A stretch of 46,251 nt of DNA from a bacterium. Lineage in GTDB: Bacteria; SZUA-182; DTGQ01; JAFGSM01. The notes beneath the pieces are model-generated. The model was not told the origin of the DNA, searched no databases, and was given only the letters and a program-made list of their open reading frames with translations. Of the stretch, positions 18,278 through 28,508 are shown piece by piece. The position numbers and the translations under genes are program-made. How positions within the stretch are numbered: position 1 is the stretch's first letter; every line of letters starts with the position of its first letter. The stretch is from positions 1 through 46,251 of the forward strand of contig JBLIRP010000018.1 of assembly GCA_049472355.1 (NCBI GenBank), given 5' to 3'.

Positions 18278-19435
18278 TCAGTAGGCGATATCGATACCGG
18301 CACGGGGGTAATAATGGCTCAGGATGTCCCTGTAGCTCGCCCCCTGTTCGGCCATGGCCTTGGCACCCCACTGGCAGAGCCCGACCCCGTGACCCCATCC
18401 GGCGCCCTTGAATATAAAGAAACCATCCCCGTCCTTGGTCACCGTGAAGGTGGTGCTCCGCAGGATGTTGTTTCCCATGAGCGTCCGCAATTGCTTGCCG
18501 TTGATGATATCCCGACCCAGGGAATGGACGATGAGCAGGGTCTCCACGCCGCCGTTTGGGGTGTGATCCATGACACGGACGGATGTTATGGGCCCCATGC
18601 GGTAATACTTCCGGATAAAAAGGTTGCGCAGTTTGACGGGGGATATACAGTTTTCCCATTCAAAGTGGGGGGAATCCTTGCAGAATTCGCAGGGGACCCC
18701 GATGAGTGCAGGGTGGTCATAGAACACGTACTGGGCGTCCTCGGTATGACCACCGCAGCATGCGTGATAGAGGGCGGGGAGATAATCGCCGGAGTAGAGC
18801 AACACCTCCCCCCTGGTGGCGTCCACCGCCATGGAGGTCCTGGGGTCCTCGCCAACGATTCCCGAATAGACCTGGGAGTCTGCGGATGCCTTGAGGTCGT
18901 AGATGCCGCTTCGGTTTCGGTCGATCTGATAGAGTGTGTAGGTGCGGGCGACCACGGCCTGCGCCTTGAGGCTCTCAAAGGGCCAGACCGGGGAGATCTC
19001 GGTCTTCATGAGTCCCTTCACGTATTCCTCTGCATCGATGCGATTGATGACCTCGAGCCTCCATTTGGCATTGAGGTTGATAAGGATCTCCCCACGGTAG
19101 GCGTAGTATCCTACGTTGAGTGGCTTTCCATCAGAGGAGGTGATCACCAGGAGGGATGATTCAACCTCCTGGTCGGCCATTCGAATCCCCGAGGGCAAGG
19201 GGAAAAATTGCAGGGGATTGTCGCTTCCTGCAGTGAACGTTCCCACAACCTCCCCTCCATCGAGAGCCGCCTGGATACTCCCTTCGCTGGAGATCGTTAC
19301 CATGCCGGGTGATTCCTTAAGCAGGATTCTCACCATCGGGGCGGAGGATGAAAGGGCGCTGAGGGGGTGTGCAAAAAGAAAAAGGAGTGTTATCAGACCA
19401 CACCATGCAATCGAAGGAAACATTTTTTTCATCAT
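18278..19435 (-). CDS. SpoIID/LytB domain protein (lytic transglycosylase)
   Basis: Signal peptide, LKAQAVVARTY, QVYSG, GWGHGVGLCQWGA, ILSHYYP. Confidence 0.93.
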   Translation of the reverse strand: MMKKMFPSIAWCGLITLLFLFAHPLSALSSSAPMVRILLKESPGMVTISSEGSIQAALDGGEVVGTFTAGSDNPLQFFPLPSGIRMADQEVESSLLVITSSDGKPLNVGYYAYRGEILINLNAKWRLEVINRIDAEEYVKGLMKTEISPVWPFESLKAQAVVARTYTLYQIDRNRSGIYDLKASADSQVYSGIVGEDPRTSMAVDATRGEVLLYSGDYLPALYHACCGGHTEDAQYVFYDHPALIGVPCEFCKDSPHFEWENCISPVKLRNLFIRKYYRMGPITSVRVMDHTPNGGVETLLIVHSLGRDIINGKQLRTLMGNNILRSTTFTVTKDGDGFFIFKGAGWGHGVGLCQWGAKAMAEQGASYRDILSHYYPRAGIDIAY

Positions 19436-19995
19436 TCCGTCTCTTTCTCCTGATTCCGTGCTTTTTTCACCCTATAGCGATCCCTTTCGCTATAGATGCA
19501 TCCACAGTATGTCTGCCGGTAAAGCCCAAGGGCCTTTGATGTTTCGATGCCCTGTTTCCAACCTTCCCGGAAGTCCCTATAAAGAAAGGCAATGCCGTAT
19601 TGTTTCGAAAGGCTTGCCCCTATCTGTGATATGGCCTCATGGTCCTGGTATTTGCTGTAAAGGAGCGTGGAGGTGAAAGCGGAAAATTTCCCACGCCGGG
19701 CAATGATCGCCGTTTCCTTGAGCCGCATATGATAACAGAAAAGGCATCGTTTCTCCTCCCGGAATGCAATGCCTCGCAGGAATGCATCAAGGTCATACTC
19801 GTCCCGATAGATGATACTGAGCCCCTCCCGTTGCTCCAGTTCCCTGAGTGCACCGAGCCTTTTTTGATATTCCGTATACGGATGGATGTTGGGATTATAA
19901 AACAGACCATGCACCTGTAAGCCCTCCCCCAGAAGGGTCTCGTGAGGATAGAGAAAACACGGTGCACAGCATATATGAACCAAAACCCTTTCCAT
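19432..19995 (-). CDS. queH: Epoxyqueuosine reductase QueH (DUF208)
   Basis: HICCAPC, FYNPNIHP, RCLFCY, YRQTYCGCIYS. Confidence 0.93.
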   Translation of the reverse strand: MERVLVHICCAPCFLYPHETLLGEGLQVHGLFYNPNIHPYTEYQKRLGALRELEQREGLSIIYRDEYDLDAFLRGIAFREEKRCLFCYHMRLKETAIIARRGKFSAFTSTLLYSKYQDHEAISQIGASLSKQYGIAFLYRDFREGWKQGIETSKALGLYRQTYCGCIYSERDRYRVKKARNQEKETE

Positions 19996-20006
19996 TATAG
20001 AGCACT

Positions 20007-20035
20007 AAGGTATCAAGGCAGGATTTTTTTGTCAA
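20007..20035 (-). promoter_or_regulatory. Putative sigma70 promoter of queH-spoIID-queA
   Basis: Minus strand TTGACA-N17-TACCTT, ending 11 nt before the queH ATG. Confidence 0.55.
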
Positions 20036-20157
20036 GGAGGAAGGAAGCGAGTGATCTGAAGCGGAGAAAACAGGACTGATCACGCGTAGTACCTGACAGG
20101 CCAAATGGGAATTGCGGGCCGATGAGACATACACTCGGACATCTGCGGGGATGGTCC

Positions 20158-20186
20158 TTGACATATTTGTTCCTTCGTATTATTTT
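20158..20186 (+). promoter_or_regulatory. Putative sigma70 promoter of the lipoprotein gene
   Basis: TTGACA-N17-TATTTT. Confidence 0.5.
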
Positions 20187-20289
20187 TCATATAATTTTAT
20201 GACGCATGACGCAGTGGGTAAACGGGACCGTTAACCAATTAAACCCTGGGGGAAATGTTACAACCCGCAACGGGTGGAAAGAGATTCCT

Positions 20290-22530
20290 ATGAACGACAC
20301 GCATTGTAGACCGTACGGTTTGGTAGTGATACCAATCATATTCATGGTGATGGCCTTGGGGTGCGCCACCACAGGGCCGGGTTTGGGTGTAGGGGTACCC
20401 CCCACCACTCAGGGGAAAAATCTTTTCATGTCTGCGGAGCGGTTTTACGAAAAGGGCGACCTTGAACAGGCAGCCGCAGGATATGAAAAGGTGCTTGATG
20501 CGGAATCCGGCTCCTACATAGCCGATAATGCCCTGTTTCGCCTGGGGGAGATTGCCATGCACCAGGGGGATTATGTGAAGGCCGTTAGACTCTTCGAACT
20601 CCTCCCTACACAGTACCCGGAGAGTGAACTCATCCCGTCCGCCAGGTTCCAGGCGGCCCGGTCTCTGTATTTGAATCTCTCCTGGGAAAAGGCGCTGCAC
20701 GCCCTGCATACGTTCCGTGAGGATTTCCCCATGAGCCAGCACAATCCCACGGTCATGCTCCTGCTTTCCGATATTTACATCAAGACCAGGGAATACGCCC
20801 AATCAAAGGAGGTGCTCACCACCTTCTTTTCCCAGTACCCTCGCTCCCCTCTTATATCCAGCGCTTCATACCAGCTTGGATTGAGTGAGATGTATCTTGG
20901 GGAGACCGAGCAGGCATTCTCTCATCTCAAGGAGGCCCTTACCGGTGAACTCCCCGACGACCAACGAGAGGATGCCCTGTATGCCCTGGCCACGCTTTCA
21001 CTGATGAAGGATGACCTTCTCTCCTCCGTGGAGTATTTCTCGGATTTGTACAAGAGCCTCCCCACCGGAGACCGGAAGGAACGGGTCCTCAAAAAGGTAA
21101 GCGGATTGATCCAGGCGCGGCTGCCGGATGAAGACCTGCGGTCCCTTATTGAACGTCATTCCCGGGAGTTCCCCGGTGATCTTGCCATTATGGAAATGGC
21201 GGAGCGCAGCTTCAACCGTGGAGAAATCTTTGATGCCCGTCACTATGTGGAGGCCTTTCGGTCAGGTTTTCCCGGGCATCCGGAGACCGCCTCGCTGCAG
21301 GAGAGGCTCACCGTCTTCGAGAAAGAGCCCGGGCAGGCCGCTGCGGGAAAATTCGGGTGTATCGCCCCCCTCACCGATCTTTTCGCGGGGTACGGGGAGA
21401 AGATGATCAGGGGGGTCAAGATGGCCATTGACGAATATAACCAGAAGAATGGCACGGACATCAAGGTCGTGCTTTTCGATTCAATGGGAAAACCCGAGAA
21501 TGCCCAGAAGGGGGTGGAGGTGCTGGCATATGAGGACAAGGTGACGGCGATCATCGGTCCCCTTCTTACTGCGTCGGCAATCTCTGCAGCAAGGACGGCC
21601 GAGCGGATCGGCATTCCCCTGTTTACCCCCACCGCTGCCGGGGAAGGGGTACCTGAAATCGGGCGGTTTATATTCAGGAATTGTCTGACCAACAGGCATC
21701 AGGCCGAGTCACTGGCAACCTATGCGGTCGAGGAGTTGGGATTGACCAGCTTTGGGGTCTTGTTTCCCTTTAATGCCTACGGCAAGGAAATGATGGCCCT
21801 CTTTTCCGACAAGGTGGATGCCTTGGGTGCGCATGTGGAGATCATTGAGTTTTACGACCAGGACGACACCGATTTCCAGGAGCAATTGGTCAGGATACAC
21901 CAGGTGGAACCGGAGGCACTGTTTATGCCCGGTTCCTTCGAGAAGATCGTGCTCATTGCCCCCCAGATCCCCTTTTATGCGCCCGAAGAGGCGGATCCCA
22001 ACGATCCGAATGTCCCGGCTGAAGGCATGGAATCCCTGTCGGAAGAGGATGAGATACCCCTTATACCACCCGAGATTGCGATGGCACTCGAAGATACCGG
22101 GGAAAAGAGGGTGGAGACGAAGAGGGAGATGCAACTGCTGGGCACGGACGGCTGGTATGACCAGCGGCTCATAATGGAAGGGGAGTCGTATGTGGAAAAG
22201 GCCATCCTGAGCGTGGGATTTTACCTCGAAGGCCGCGATCCATTGGTGAGAAGATTCGTCTCTGACTTTCAGAAGAGGTATGGTGAGCCGCCTGACCTTG
22301 TCTCCGCTCAGGCCTATGATGCCACCAATATGATCCTGGAGGCGAGCAATGGAGGGACGGCATCGTGGGAATCAACCAGAAAGAAGCTCTCTCAGATCAA
22401 GGATTTCCCGGGTGTATCGGGCAGGACCACTATTCTTCCTTCCGGTGATTCGGTAAAGGAGGTTACCCTGCTGCGGGTCAAGAGGAGGCGGTTTGTTCCT
22501 GTGGAGTGGTTCTCGTTCAATCTGAACTAA
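20290..22530 (+). CDS. TPR + LppC/LivJ-fold lipoprotein, LpoA-like penicillin-binding protein activator
   Basis: Lipobox MALG-C, BamD-like TPR repeats (YPES, YPRS), C-terminal periplasmic binding domain (IIGPL, AQAYDA, FPGVSG). Confidence 0.8.
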   Translation: MNDTHCRPYGLVVIPIIFMVMALGCATTGPGLGVGVPPTTQGKNLFMSAERFYEKGDLEQAAAGYEKVLDAESGSYIADNALFRLGEIAMHQGDYVKAVRLFELLPTQYPESELIPSARFQAARSLYLNLSWEKALHALHTFREDFPMSQHNPTVMLLLSDIYIKTREYAQSKEVLTTFFSQYPRSPLISSASYQLGLSEMYLGETEQAFSHLKEALTGELPDDQREDALYALATLSLMKDDLLSSVEYFSDLYKSLPTGDRKERVLKKVSGLIQARLPDEDLRSLIERHSREFPGDLAIMEMAERSFNRGEIFDARHYVEAFRSGFPGHPETASLQERLTVFEKEPGQAAAGKFGCIAPLTDLFAGYGEKMIRGVKMAIDEYNQKNGTDIKVVLFDSMGKPENAQKGVEVLAYEDKVTAIIGPLLTASAISAARTAERIGIPLFTPTAAGEGVPEIGRFIFRNCLTNRHQAESLATYAVEELGLTSFGVLFPFNAYGKEMMALFSDKVDALGAHVEIIEFYDQDDTDFQEQLVRIHQVEPEALFMPGSFEKIVLIAPQIPFYAPEEADPNDPNVPAEGMESLSEEDEIPLIPPEIAMALEDTGEKRVETKREMQLLGTDGWYDQRLIMEGESYVEKAILSVGFYLEGRDPLVRRFVSDFQKRYGEPPDLVSAQAYDATNMILEASNGGTASWESTRKKLSQIKDFPGVSGRTTILPSGDSVKEVTLLRVKRRRFVPVEWFSFNLN

Positions 22531-24979
22531 ACCTCGGAGTGGCGGTCACGGCAGCCGGTGATCGATGAGGACCGGGCGTGCGGTCGTTTTTGCTCAGGTC
22601 CATGTCAATGCTGACGAAGTGCTCCTGGGATATACGATGGGAGCTGCAGAGTTCCTTCGGCTCGTTTCCCTCCCGGAATGCCTCCATAATAACGGCAGGA
22701 CATTCCTTGGTGGCCACAAGACCCGTTTTCCGGTCGATGGGGATGAATTTGATGCCGTTTGGCACGGGAAACGCCTGTATCGGTTTGTCGTTAATGTATT
22801 CCTTCATGAATTGCACCCAGATCGGAGATGCGGCGCGAGAGCCGGTCTCCATATCCCCGAGGCTTCGATATTCATCAAAGCCCACCCATACCCCGGTCAC
22901 CACATCCGGCGTATACCCAATGAACCATGCATCAACGTAGTTGTTGGTGGTTCCCGTCTTTCCTGCGATCGGCCTGCCCAGGGACTTGGCCCTCCACCCG
23001 GTGCCGTGATCCACAACCCCGATGAGCGCCTGGGTCATCAGGTAGGATGTCTGCTCATCCAGGACCTTTTTCGGCTGGGACTGGTTTTCCTCCATCACCT
23101 GCCCCTCCGGCCCTTCGATGCGAAGGATGGCGAAGGGCCTTGCCCGGATGCCTCCTGCTGCAAACACCCCGTAGGCCGAGGTCAATTCCAGGAGAGAGAC
23201 CCCCGAGCTTCCCAGTGCGAGCGAGAGATCGGGGGCCAGGGGGGAGACGATACCCGCCTGGCGGGCGGTTTCTATTGTCTCCTCGATACCGACCTTTTTC
23301 AGGAGCTTGATGGTAATGACATTTCTGGACTTTTCCAGCGCCTCCCTGACGGTGGTGGGACCGAAGAATTTCTGATAGTAGTTGACCGGTTTCCAATCCT
23401 TGTTTTGCGTTTCATCCTGGTAGATGATGGGAGAGTCGATAAAGATGTCTGCAAGGGTGTACCCCTTCCGGAGGGCGGTCTCGTAGATAAAGGGCTTGAA
23501 TGCGGAACCGGGCTGACGCCTGGCCTGCACCGCGCGGTTGAATTTGCTGAGACGGAAATCATATCCCCCCACCATGGCCCTGATCCATCCGGACCTCGGG
23601 TCGATCGCCATAAGCGCTCCCTGCACCTCGGGTATCTGTTCAAGCGCCAATTGGTATCGGGGGATGTCCGCCTTCACCCCGGCATTGGGATCCGAGGGCG
23701 CCGGAGGCTCATCAGGAGGGGATCCCTCCTGCTCGGGCAATTCCAGTCTTCCCACAATCCGTGTATATACCCTTTGTCCGGGATGGAGAATTGCGCCCAG
23801 GGATGCAGCCTTCGTCCATGCAGCGTTCTCCGCGTCCAGGATGCCGATGCAATTGGTATCCTCAAGACGCACCACGGCCTGGGTGGGTTCTACCGCGAGC
23901 ACCTCTCCCAGAAAGAGGTCGGCAGGTATCTGCCCGGTTTCCTCGTACTCATTCAGAATATCCCTCACCTCATCCTCGTGCGCAAACGTGAGCGGCGAAT
24001 CATCGGGGATGGGGCGGAAGCCCTGTCGCTTGTCCAGTTGCTCGATGCCCCAACGGAGTGCCGCCTCTGCGTGCCTTTGGGCCTCAAGGTCCAGGGTGGT
24101 GTATACCTTGAGTCCTCCCCGGTAGAGGGAGGTGGACCCATATTTCTCTTCGATGTAGCGTCGAACGTATTCCACGAAGTAGGGGGCTTGAATGGTTTGA
24201 GGTTCCACCCTGGTCACCGCTACGGGGATTTTTACGGTGTCACTTCGTGTCTTTTCGTCGATGAATCCCTCTTCGGCCATCCTTTGTAAAACGTGGTTGC
24301 GTCGCGCAAGGGCACGCTGGGGGAGCGTGAAGGGGTTATAATTATTAGGGGCCTTCGGCAAGCCCGCCAGCAGGGCGGCTTCCGCCAGGTCCAGGTCCTC
24401 CACATGCTTCCCGAAAAAGGTCCTCGCCGCAGCCTCGATTCCATATGCACCCTTGCCGAAATAGATTTGATTGAGGTACATCTCCAGTATCTTCTCCTTG
24501 GGGTATACCTTCTCCAGCTCGAGCGCCAGGAGGGCCTCCTTGAACTTGCGGATGATCTTCTTTTCCGAGTGAAGCAGGAGGGATCGGGTCAGTTGCTGGG
24601 TAATCGTGCTCCCCCCCTCCACGAATCCCCTGTGCTTTATATTGCGAAACGCAGCCCTGAGAATTCCCCCCAACTCGAGTCCCCGATGGTTATAGAAGTT
24701 GGCATCCTCTACGGCGATAATAGCCTTAATGAGATGGGGAGGCAACGAACTATAGGGGACGAGAATCCTCTTCTCAAGGCAGAAATATGCCAGGGACTGC
24801 CCATCCGCACTATATACCCTGGTGATGAGACTCGGTTCATACTCCTTCAGTATCGATAGATCGGGAAGCTGTCTCTTGATCTGAATGATAAAACCGGTCA
24901 TCGATCCAACCAGGATGATAGACAGGATGATCGAGGCGTAAATGAAAAGGGTTAATCCCCTTTTGGAATTTGATACCAT
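22517..24979 (-). CDS. mrcA: Class A penicillin-binding protein 1A
   Basis: Transglycosylase motifs EDANFY and GGSTITQQL; transpeptidase motifs GSAFKP, SRN and KTGTT. Confidence 0.95.
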   Translation of the reverse strand: MVSNSKRGLTLFIYASIILSIILVGSMTGFIIQIKRQLPDLSILKEYEPSLITRVYSADGQSLAYFCLEKRILVPYSSLPPHLIKAIIAVEDANFYNHRGLELGGILRAAFRNIKHRGFVEGGSTITQQLTRSLLLHSEKKIIRKFKEALLALELEKVYPKEKILEMYLNQIYFGKGAYGIEAAARTFFGKHVEDLDLAEAALLAGLPKAPNNYNPFTLPQRALARRNHVLQRMAEEGFIDEKTRSDTVKIPVAVTRVEPQTIQAPYFVEYVRRYIEEKYGSTSLYRGGLKVYTTLDLEAQRHAEAALRWGIEQLDKRQGFRPIPDDSPLTFAHEDEVRDILNEYEETGQIPADLFLGEVLAVEPTQAVVRLEDTNCIGILDAENAAWTKAASLGAILHPGQRVYTRIVGRLELPEQEGSPPDEPPAPSDPNAGVKADIPRYQLALEQIPEVQGALMAIDPRSGWIRAMVGGYDFRLSKFNRAVQARRQPGSAFKPFIYETALRKGYTLADIFIDSPIIYQDETQNKDWKPVNYYQKFFGPTTVREALEKSRNVITIKLLKKVGIEETIETARQAGIVSPLAPDLSLALGSSGVSLLELTSAYGVFAAGGIRARPFAILRIEGPEGQVMEENQSQPKKVLDEQTSYLMTQALIGVVDHGTGWRAKSLGRPIAGKTGTTNNYVDAWFIGYTPDVVTGVWVGFDEYRSLGDMETGSRAASPIWVQFMKEYINDKPIQAFPVPNGIKFIPIDRKTGLVATKECPAVIMEAFREGNEPKELCSSHRISQEHFVSIDMDLSKNDRTPGPHRSPAAVTATPRFSSD

Positions 24980-24993
24980 ACCATCTGATAGTG

Positions 24994-25404
24994 TTATGTG
25001 GATTTACTGAAGGCTTCTGCCACCTTTTCCTTCAATGCCGTGATATCCAGGGGCTTTTTCAGGAATCCGAAGGCCCCGAGACGCATGACCTCAAGATAGG
25101 TTTTCATCTCCTCATAGGCGGTGATGATGATTATCTTCATACGGGGATTCTTTTCCCTGATCATTTCCAAAAGTGCGATCCCATTTACCACGGGCATGCG
25201 AATATCGGATATTATGAGCCCCACCGCCTCGGATTTCGTGATCTGGTATGCCTGATCCCCATTGAATGCAATGAGGACCTTATGGCCGTCGGCTTCGAAG
25301 ATGTCTTTGAGGGTGTGACAGAAGTCTTTGTCGTCATCAACAATGAGAATCGCGTTGTTTTCGTTAGGAATTGAGGACTCCTTTTGGCCTTCCTTGGGGT
25401 TCAT
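24994..25404 (-). CDS. Single-domain response regulator (receiver)
   Basis: ILIVDDD, SDIRMP, IITAY, FLKKP. ATG 25404 has a GAGGAGG SD; GTG 25425 is an alternative start. Confidence 0.92.
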   Translation of the reverse strand: MNPKEGQKESSIPNENNAILIVDDDKDFCHTLKDIFEADGHKVLIAFNGDQAYQITKSEAVGLIISDIRMPVVNGIALLEMIREKNPRMKIIIITAYEEMKTYLEVMRLGAFGFLKKPLDITALKEKVAEAFSKST

Positions 25405-25425
25405 TTCCTCCTCGTGCCCATTCAC

Positions 25426-25860
25426 TTAAACCGGGGCCAGTATGGAATTTTGCACAAATTCCCTCAGCACCTTATACACATACTCTCCCTTGCTGAGCGC
25501 CTCCATTGCCTCCGGCTCGCCGTAAATCTTGGAGGGTATCCAGAGGGGAAGATCCTTCCGCTGGTAAAGGGGAAACCGTGTGCGCGCACCATGCTTTTCA
25601 AGGGAGATGATGCATTCGTAGAGCTTTTCAATGTCATCGATTTCCTCTTTGAATACGGCAAGAAAGAGGGTGGATGTCTTATGATCCCGGGTAACGACAT
25701 TCCTCATGGTAAGGCATGCCTTGGTTATCTTTTCCACCGCCTCCTGGGCAAAGTGGATGGTTCTGCTGTAGAGTCCGTTGACATAGGTGAGCCTCGCCGC
25801 CTCAATATCAACCTCGCTCTCCAGAAGATACGCCTCAACGATATCCTTCGGCTCGTGCAT
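25426..25860 (-). CDS. HEPN domain protein, paralog A
   Basis: Y...F.AQEAVEK..KA.L, R-X6-H (RNVVTRDH) and RFP, typical of the PF05168/COG2250 HEPN type. Confidence 0.85.
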   Translation of the reverse strand: MHEPKDIVEAYLLESEVDIEAARLTYVNGLYSRTIHFAQEAVEKITKACLTMRNVVTRDHKTSTLFLAVFKEEIDDIEKLYECIISLEKHGARTRFPLYQRKDLPLWIPSKIYGEPEAMEALSKGEYVYKVLREFVQNSILAPV

Positions 25861-25915
25861 AGTGTCCTCCCCGTCGGAAATCCTTAACGGCGGATTTCCG
25901 CGAAATTAAACATTG

Positions 25916-25944
25916 ATTATGTCAAAAGTCATTACTACTGTCAA
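25916..25944 (-). promoter_or_regulatory. Putative sigma70 promoter of HEPN-A / receiver genes
   Basis: Minus strand TTGACA-N17-CATAAT. A hairpin CGGAAATCC...GGATTTCCG (25875-25900) lies in the leader just before the SD. Confidence 0.7.
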
Positions 25945-26596
25945 GGAAAAGGAAATGTCACCCTGCTGAGGATTGGTGAATCCTTCAAGGGAATAGAGGG
26001 ACAATCTCCTTTATCTAACCTAATTATCGGCAGATCTTGGCGAATACACCGATTTTTCGCGGAATGGCGGAGGCGGGGTGCCCCGGGTTCCGCTGCGGGT
26101 TTACGCTCCATGTTCCGGTGCGGCTGGGGAGGCCGATCGTACCAGGCTTAGGGATGTGCTGATGGTGGCTGTGTCCCGGACATTATTGTGCCTTGTATAA
26201 AAAGGACCGGTTGATCGTGCATAGGGATTGCTATGGTCGCGGGTGCACCATGCGCACCATTCTGCAATGATTTGATTGCACACATGGTGACAATATCCGG
26301 CGCCGGGGCGAAAAAGACGGTGCAGAAAAAGAGGAAAGGGATGTAATGACGGCGTTTTTTTTAATGAGCGATGGGCAGGTACATGGTATGCATAGGAAGG
26401 GGTGCATAAGCATGTCAGATCATTGTGCCTTAAAAAAATAGATCAATCATCCTCACATTCCCGCTTGTGGTGACCCCGGGTTGACGTGCTGCAGCGATAC
26501 TGCACAGGAAGCCTTTTCGGATCGCGCACGAGGGGGACTATTAACTGAAATTCCAATGCCTTAGAGGCACAGAAGGTTAAGGGAGGGGGCATAGCA

Positions 26597-28444
26597 ATGA
26601 ACATGAAGAATACCGGTAATCATCAGATGATAAAGGCATTCTTAATTCTCGCAGTAGGCGCGGCAGTGCTGGTCTGCGCTGCGCCGGATTTTGTTTCAGG
26701 ACAGTACTTCGGTGGATGGTCGGGGGCCTATTCCGGCCTCTATATGGGGGGGCCTTTTTTTGGTTCCTATGGGTCAAGCGCCCCCCCGTTTTCAACGTTT
26801 TCCTCCTATCCCTCATCGGGTGCATCAATCGGATTCACCCCGCTGTGGGGTGGAAACAGCGCCGGTCTTTTCGGGATTCAGGCAGGCAGCGGGTATAGCC
26901 AGGGGCTCTTCGGCGGCTTTGCTCAGCCGGCCGTTTCATCCGGCGCCCCTGCGTGGGGAGGTGCGCTGTTCGGAGGGTCATGGCAGCCGGCTTCCTCCTT
27001 TGGTTTTTCCGGCGGCTACACCGGCGGCTATACGGGCGGCTTTACCGGCGGGCTGCAATCAGTAAGCCCATGGAGAACCTCCCTGGGGGGACAGAATTCC
27101 GTCATGTCGTTTTCTCCCTCCTGGCCGGGATCGAGCTACAACACCACGGGCATCTATCAAAACCCGCTTTCATGGACACAGCCCCTTGCGGGATCTACCA
27201 TTCCGGCGTCATCGGGGGGCACGAGCTCATCGGAGATTGCCGAGATGCCTCCGGTATCCGAATCTCGGTCGGACGACGGATATGTTCCCGATCAGATCCT
27301 GGTCACGTTCAAGGACGGCACATCCATGGACAAGAAGAAGGATATACACGACCGTCACGGATGCAAGGAGCTCTATACCAGTGACTACGGGGGATTCACC
27401 GTGGTCGAGATACCGGCGGATGCAACGGTTGAGGAAATGGTGAATCATTACCTCCAGGAGGATGAGGTGGAGATTGCCGAGCCCCATTACGTTCGGCATC
27501 GTCATTTGACTCCCAATGATCCCTATTTTTCCTACCAGTGGCACCATTCGATGATGAACAGCACCTCTGCCTGGAACCTGGGCAGAGGTGCCGGGGTGAT
27601 AGTGGCGGTGCTGGACTCGGGGGTGGCATACAGGACCGGCGGCGGATACGTCCAGGCACCTGATCTTGCCGGCACCGCCTTCAAGGCGGGATGGGATTTC
27701 GTGAACAGCGATCCCTATCCCGACGATGACAACGCGCATGGCACCCATATGGCGGGCTGCATTGCGCAAACCACCAATAATTACCGGGGGGTGGCAGGGG
27801 TGGCCTACGGGGCAACCATCTTCCCCGTGAAGATCATGGATCAGGCGGGGGACGTCACCATTGCCAACGAGGTGGACGGGATATACTATGCCGTCAATAA
27901 CGGTGCGCACATCATCAATATGAGCCTGGGGGGGGAGGGTATATCGGAAACCGAGCAGGCAGCCGTCAACTATGCGGTGGATAGCGGGGTGGTGGTAATA
28001 GGCTCTGCGGGGAATTCCGGCACCAGCGCCCTGGAATACCCGGCGTCATACCCCTCGTGCATCTCGGTGAGTGCGGTTCGCTACGACAAGACGCTGGCAT
28101 CCTATTCCAACTACGGGACGGCGGTCGATTTTTGTGCACCGGGCGGTGATATCACCGCGGATCAGAATTACGACGGCTATGGCGACGGGATCCTGCAGCA
28201 GACCCACACCGGAAGCAATGTCACCCTGTTTTACTACTACTTCATGGAGGGGACCTCTCCGGCGGCGGCATTGGTTTCAGGGGTGGCCGCACTGATTGTC
28301 GGCAAAAGCAGCGTCAGCCTCACACCGCAGCAGGTAAAATCGACCCTTGCCCTGTCGGCAACCAACCTGGGTGCGGATGGTTGGGACCAGTTGTATGGAT
28401 GGGGGCTGGTGAATGCCTACAACGCGCTTCTGAGGACCACATGA
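26597..28444 (+). CDS. Secreted subtilisin-family (S8) serine protease with a Gly/Ser/aromatic low-complexity N-terminal extension
   Basis: Signal peptide, prodomain (YVPDQILVTFK), VAVLDSG, HGTHMAG, AGNSG, GTSPAAA. Confidence 0.92.
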   Translation: MNMKNTGNHQMIKAFLILAVGAAVLVCAAPDFVSGQYFGGWSGAYSGLYMGGPFFGSYGSSAPPFSTFSSYPSSGASIGFTPLWGGNSAGLFGIQAGSGYSQGLFGGFAQPAVSSGAPAWGGALFGGSWQPASSFGFSGGYTGGYTGGFTGGLQSVSPWRTSLGGQNSVMSFSPSWPGSSYNTTGIYQNPLSWTQPLAGSTIPASSGGTSSSEIAEMPPVSESRSDDGYVPDQILVTFKDGTSMDKKKDIHDRHGCKELYTSDYGGFTVVEIPADATVEEMVNHYLQEDEVEIAEPHYVRHRHLTPNDPYFSYQWHHSMMNSTSAWNLGRGAGVIVAVLDSGVAYRTGGGYVQAPDLAGTAFKAGWDFVNSDPYPDDDNAHGTHMAGCIAQTTNNYRGVAGVAYGATIFPVKIMDQAGDVTIANEVDGIYYAVNNGAHIINMSLGGEGISETEQAAVNYAVDSGVVVIGSAGNSGTSALEYPASYPSCISVSAVRYDKTLASYSNYGTAVDFCAPGGDITADQNYDGYGDGILQQTHTGSNVTLFYYYFMEGTSPAAALVSGVAALIVGKSSVSLTPQQVKSTLALSATNLGADGWDQLYGWGLVNAYNALLRTT

Positions 28445-28508
28445 TGTGATCCGTGGACCGGGTACCGTGGGGGGGCGGGCCCGGCCTGCGGTTAAAAGGG
28501 GGAGGTTT

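Noticed and set aside
17372..19159. Long antisense ORFs (595 aa here; also 22565-24289, 39206-40546, 15857-17044, 11706-12836)
   Set aside because: They shadow well-supported genes on the opposite strand in GC-rich DNA and carry no recognisable motifs.
26024..26055. Sigma28 promoter (GCCGATAA on the minus strand)
   Set aside because: No TAAA -35 element at the expected spacing.
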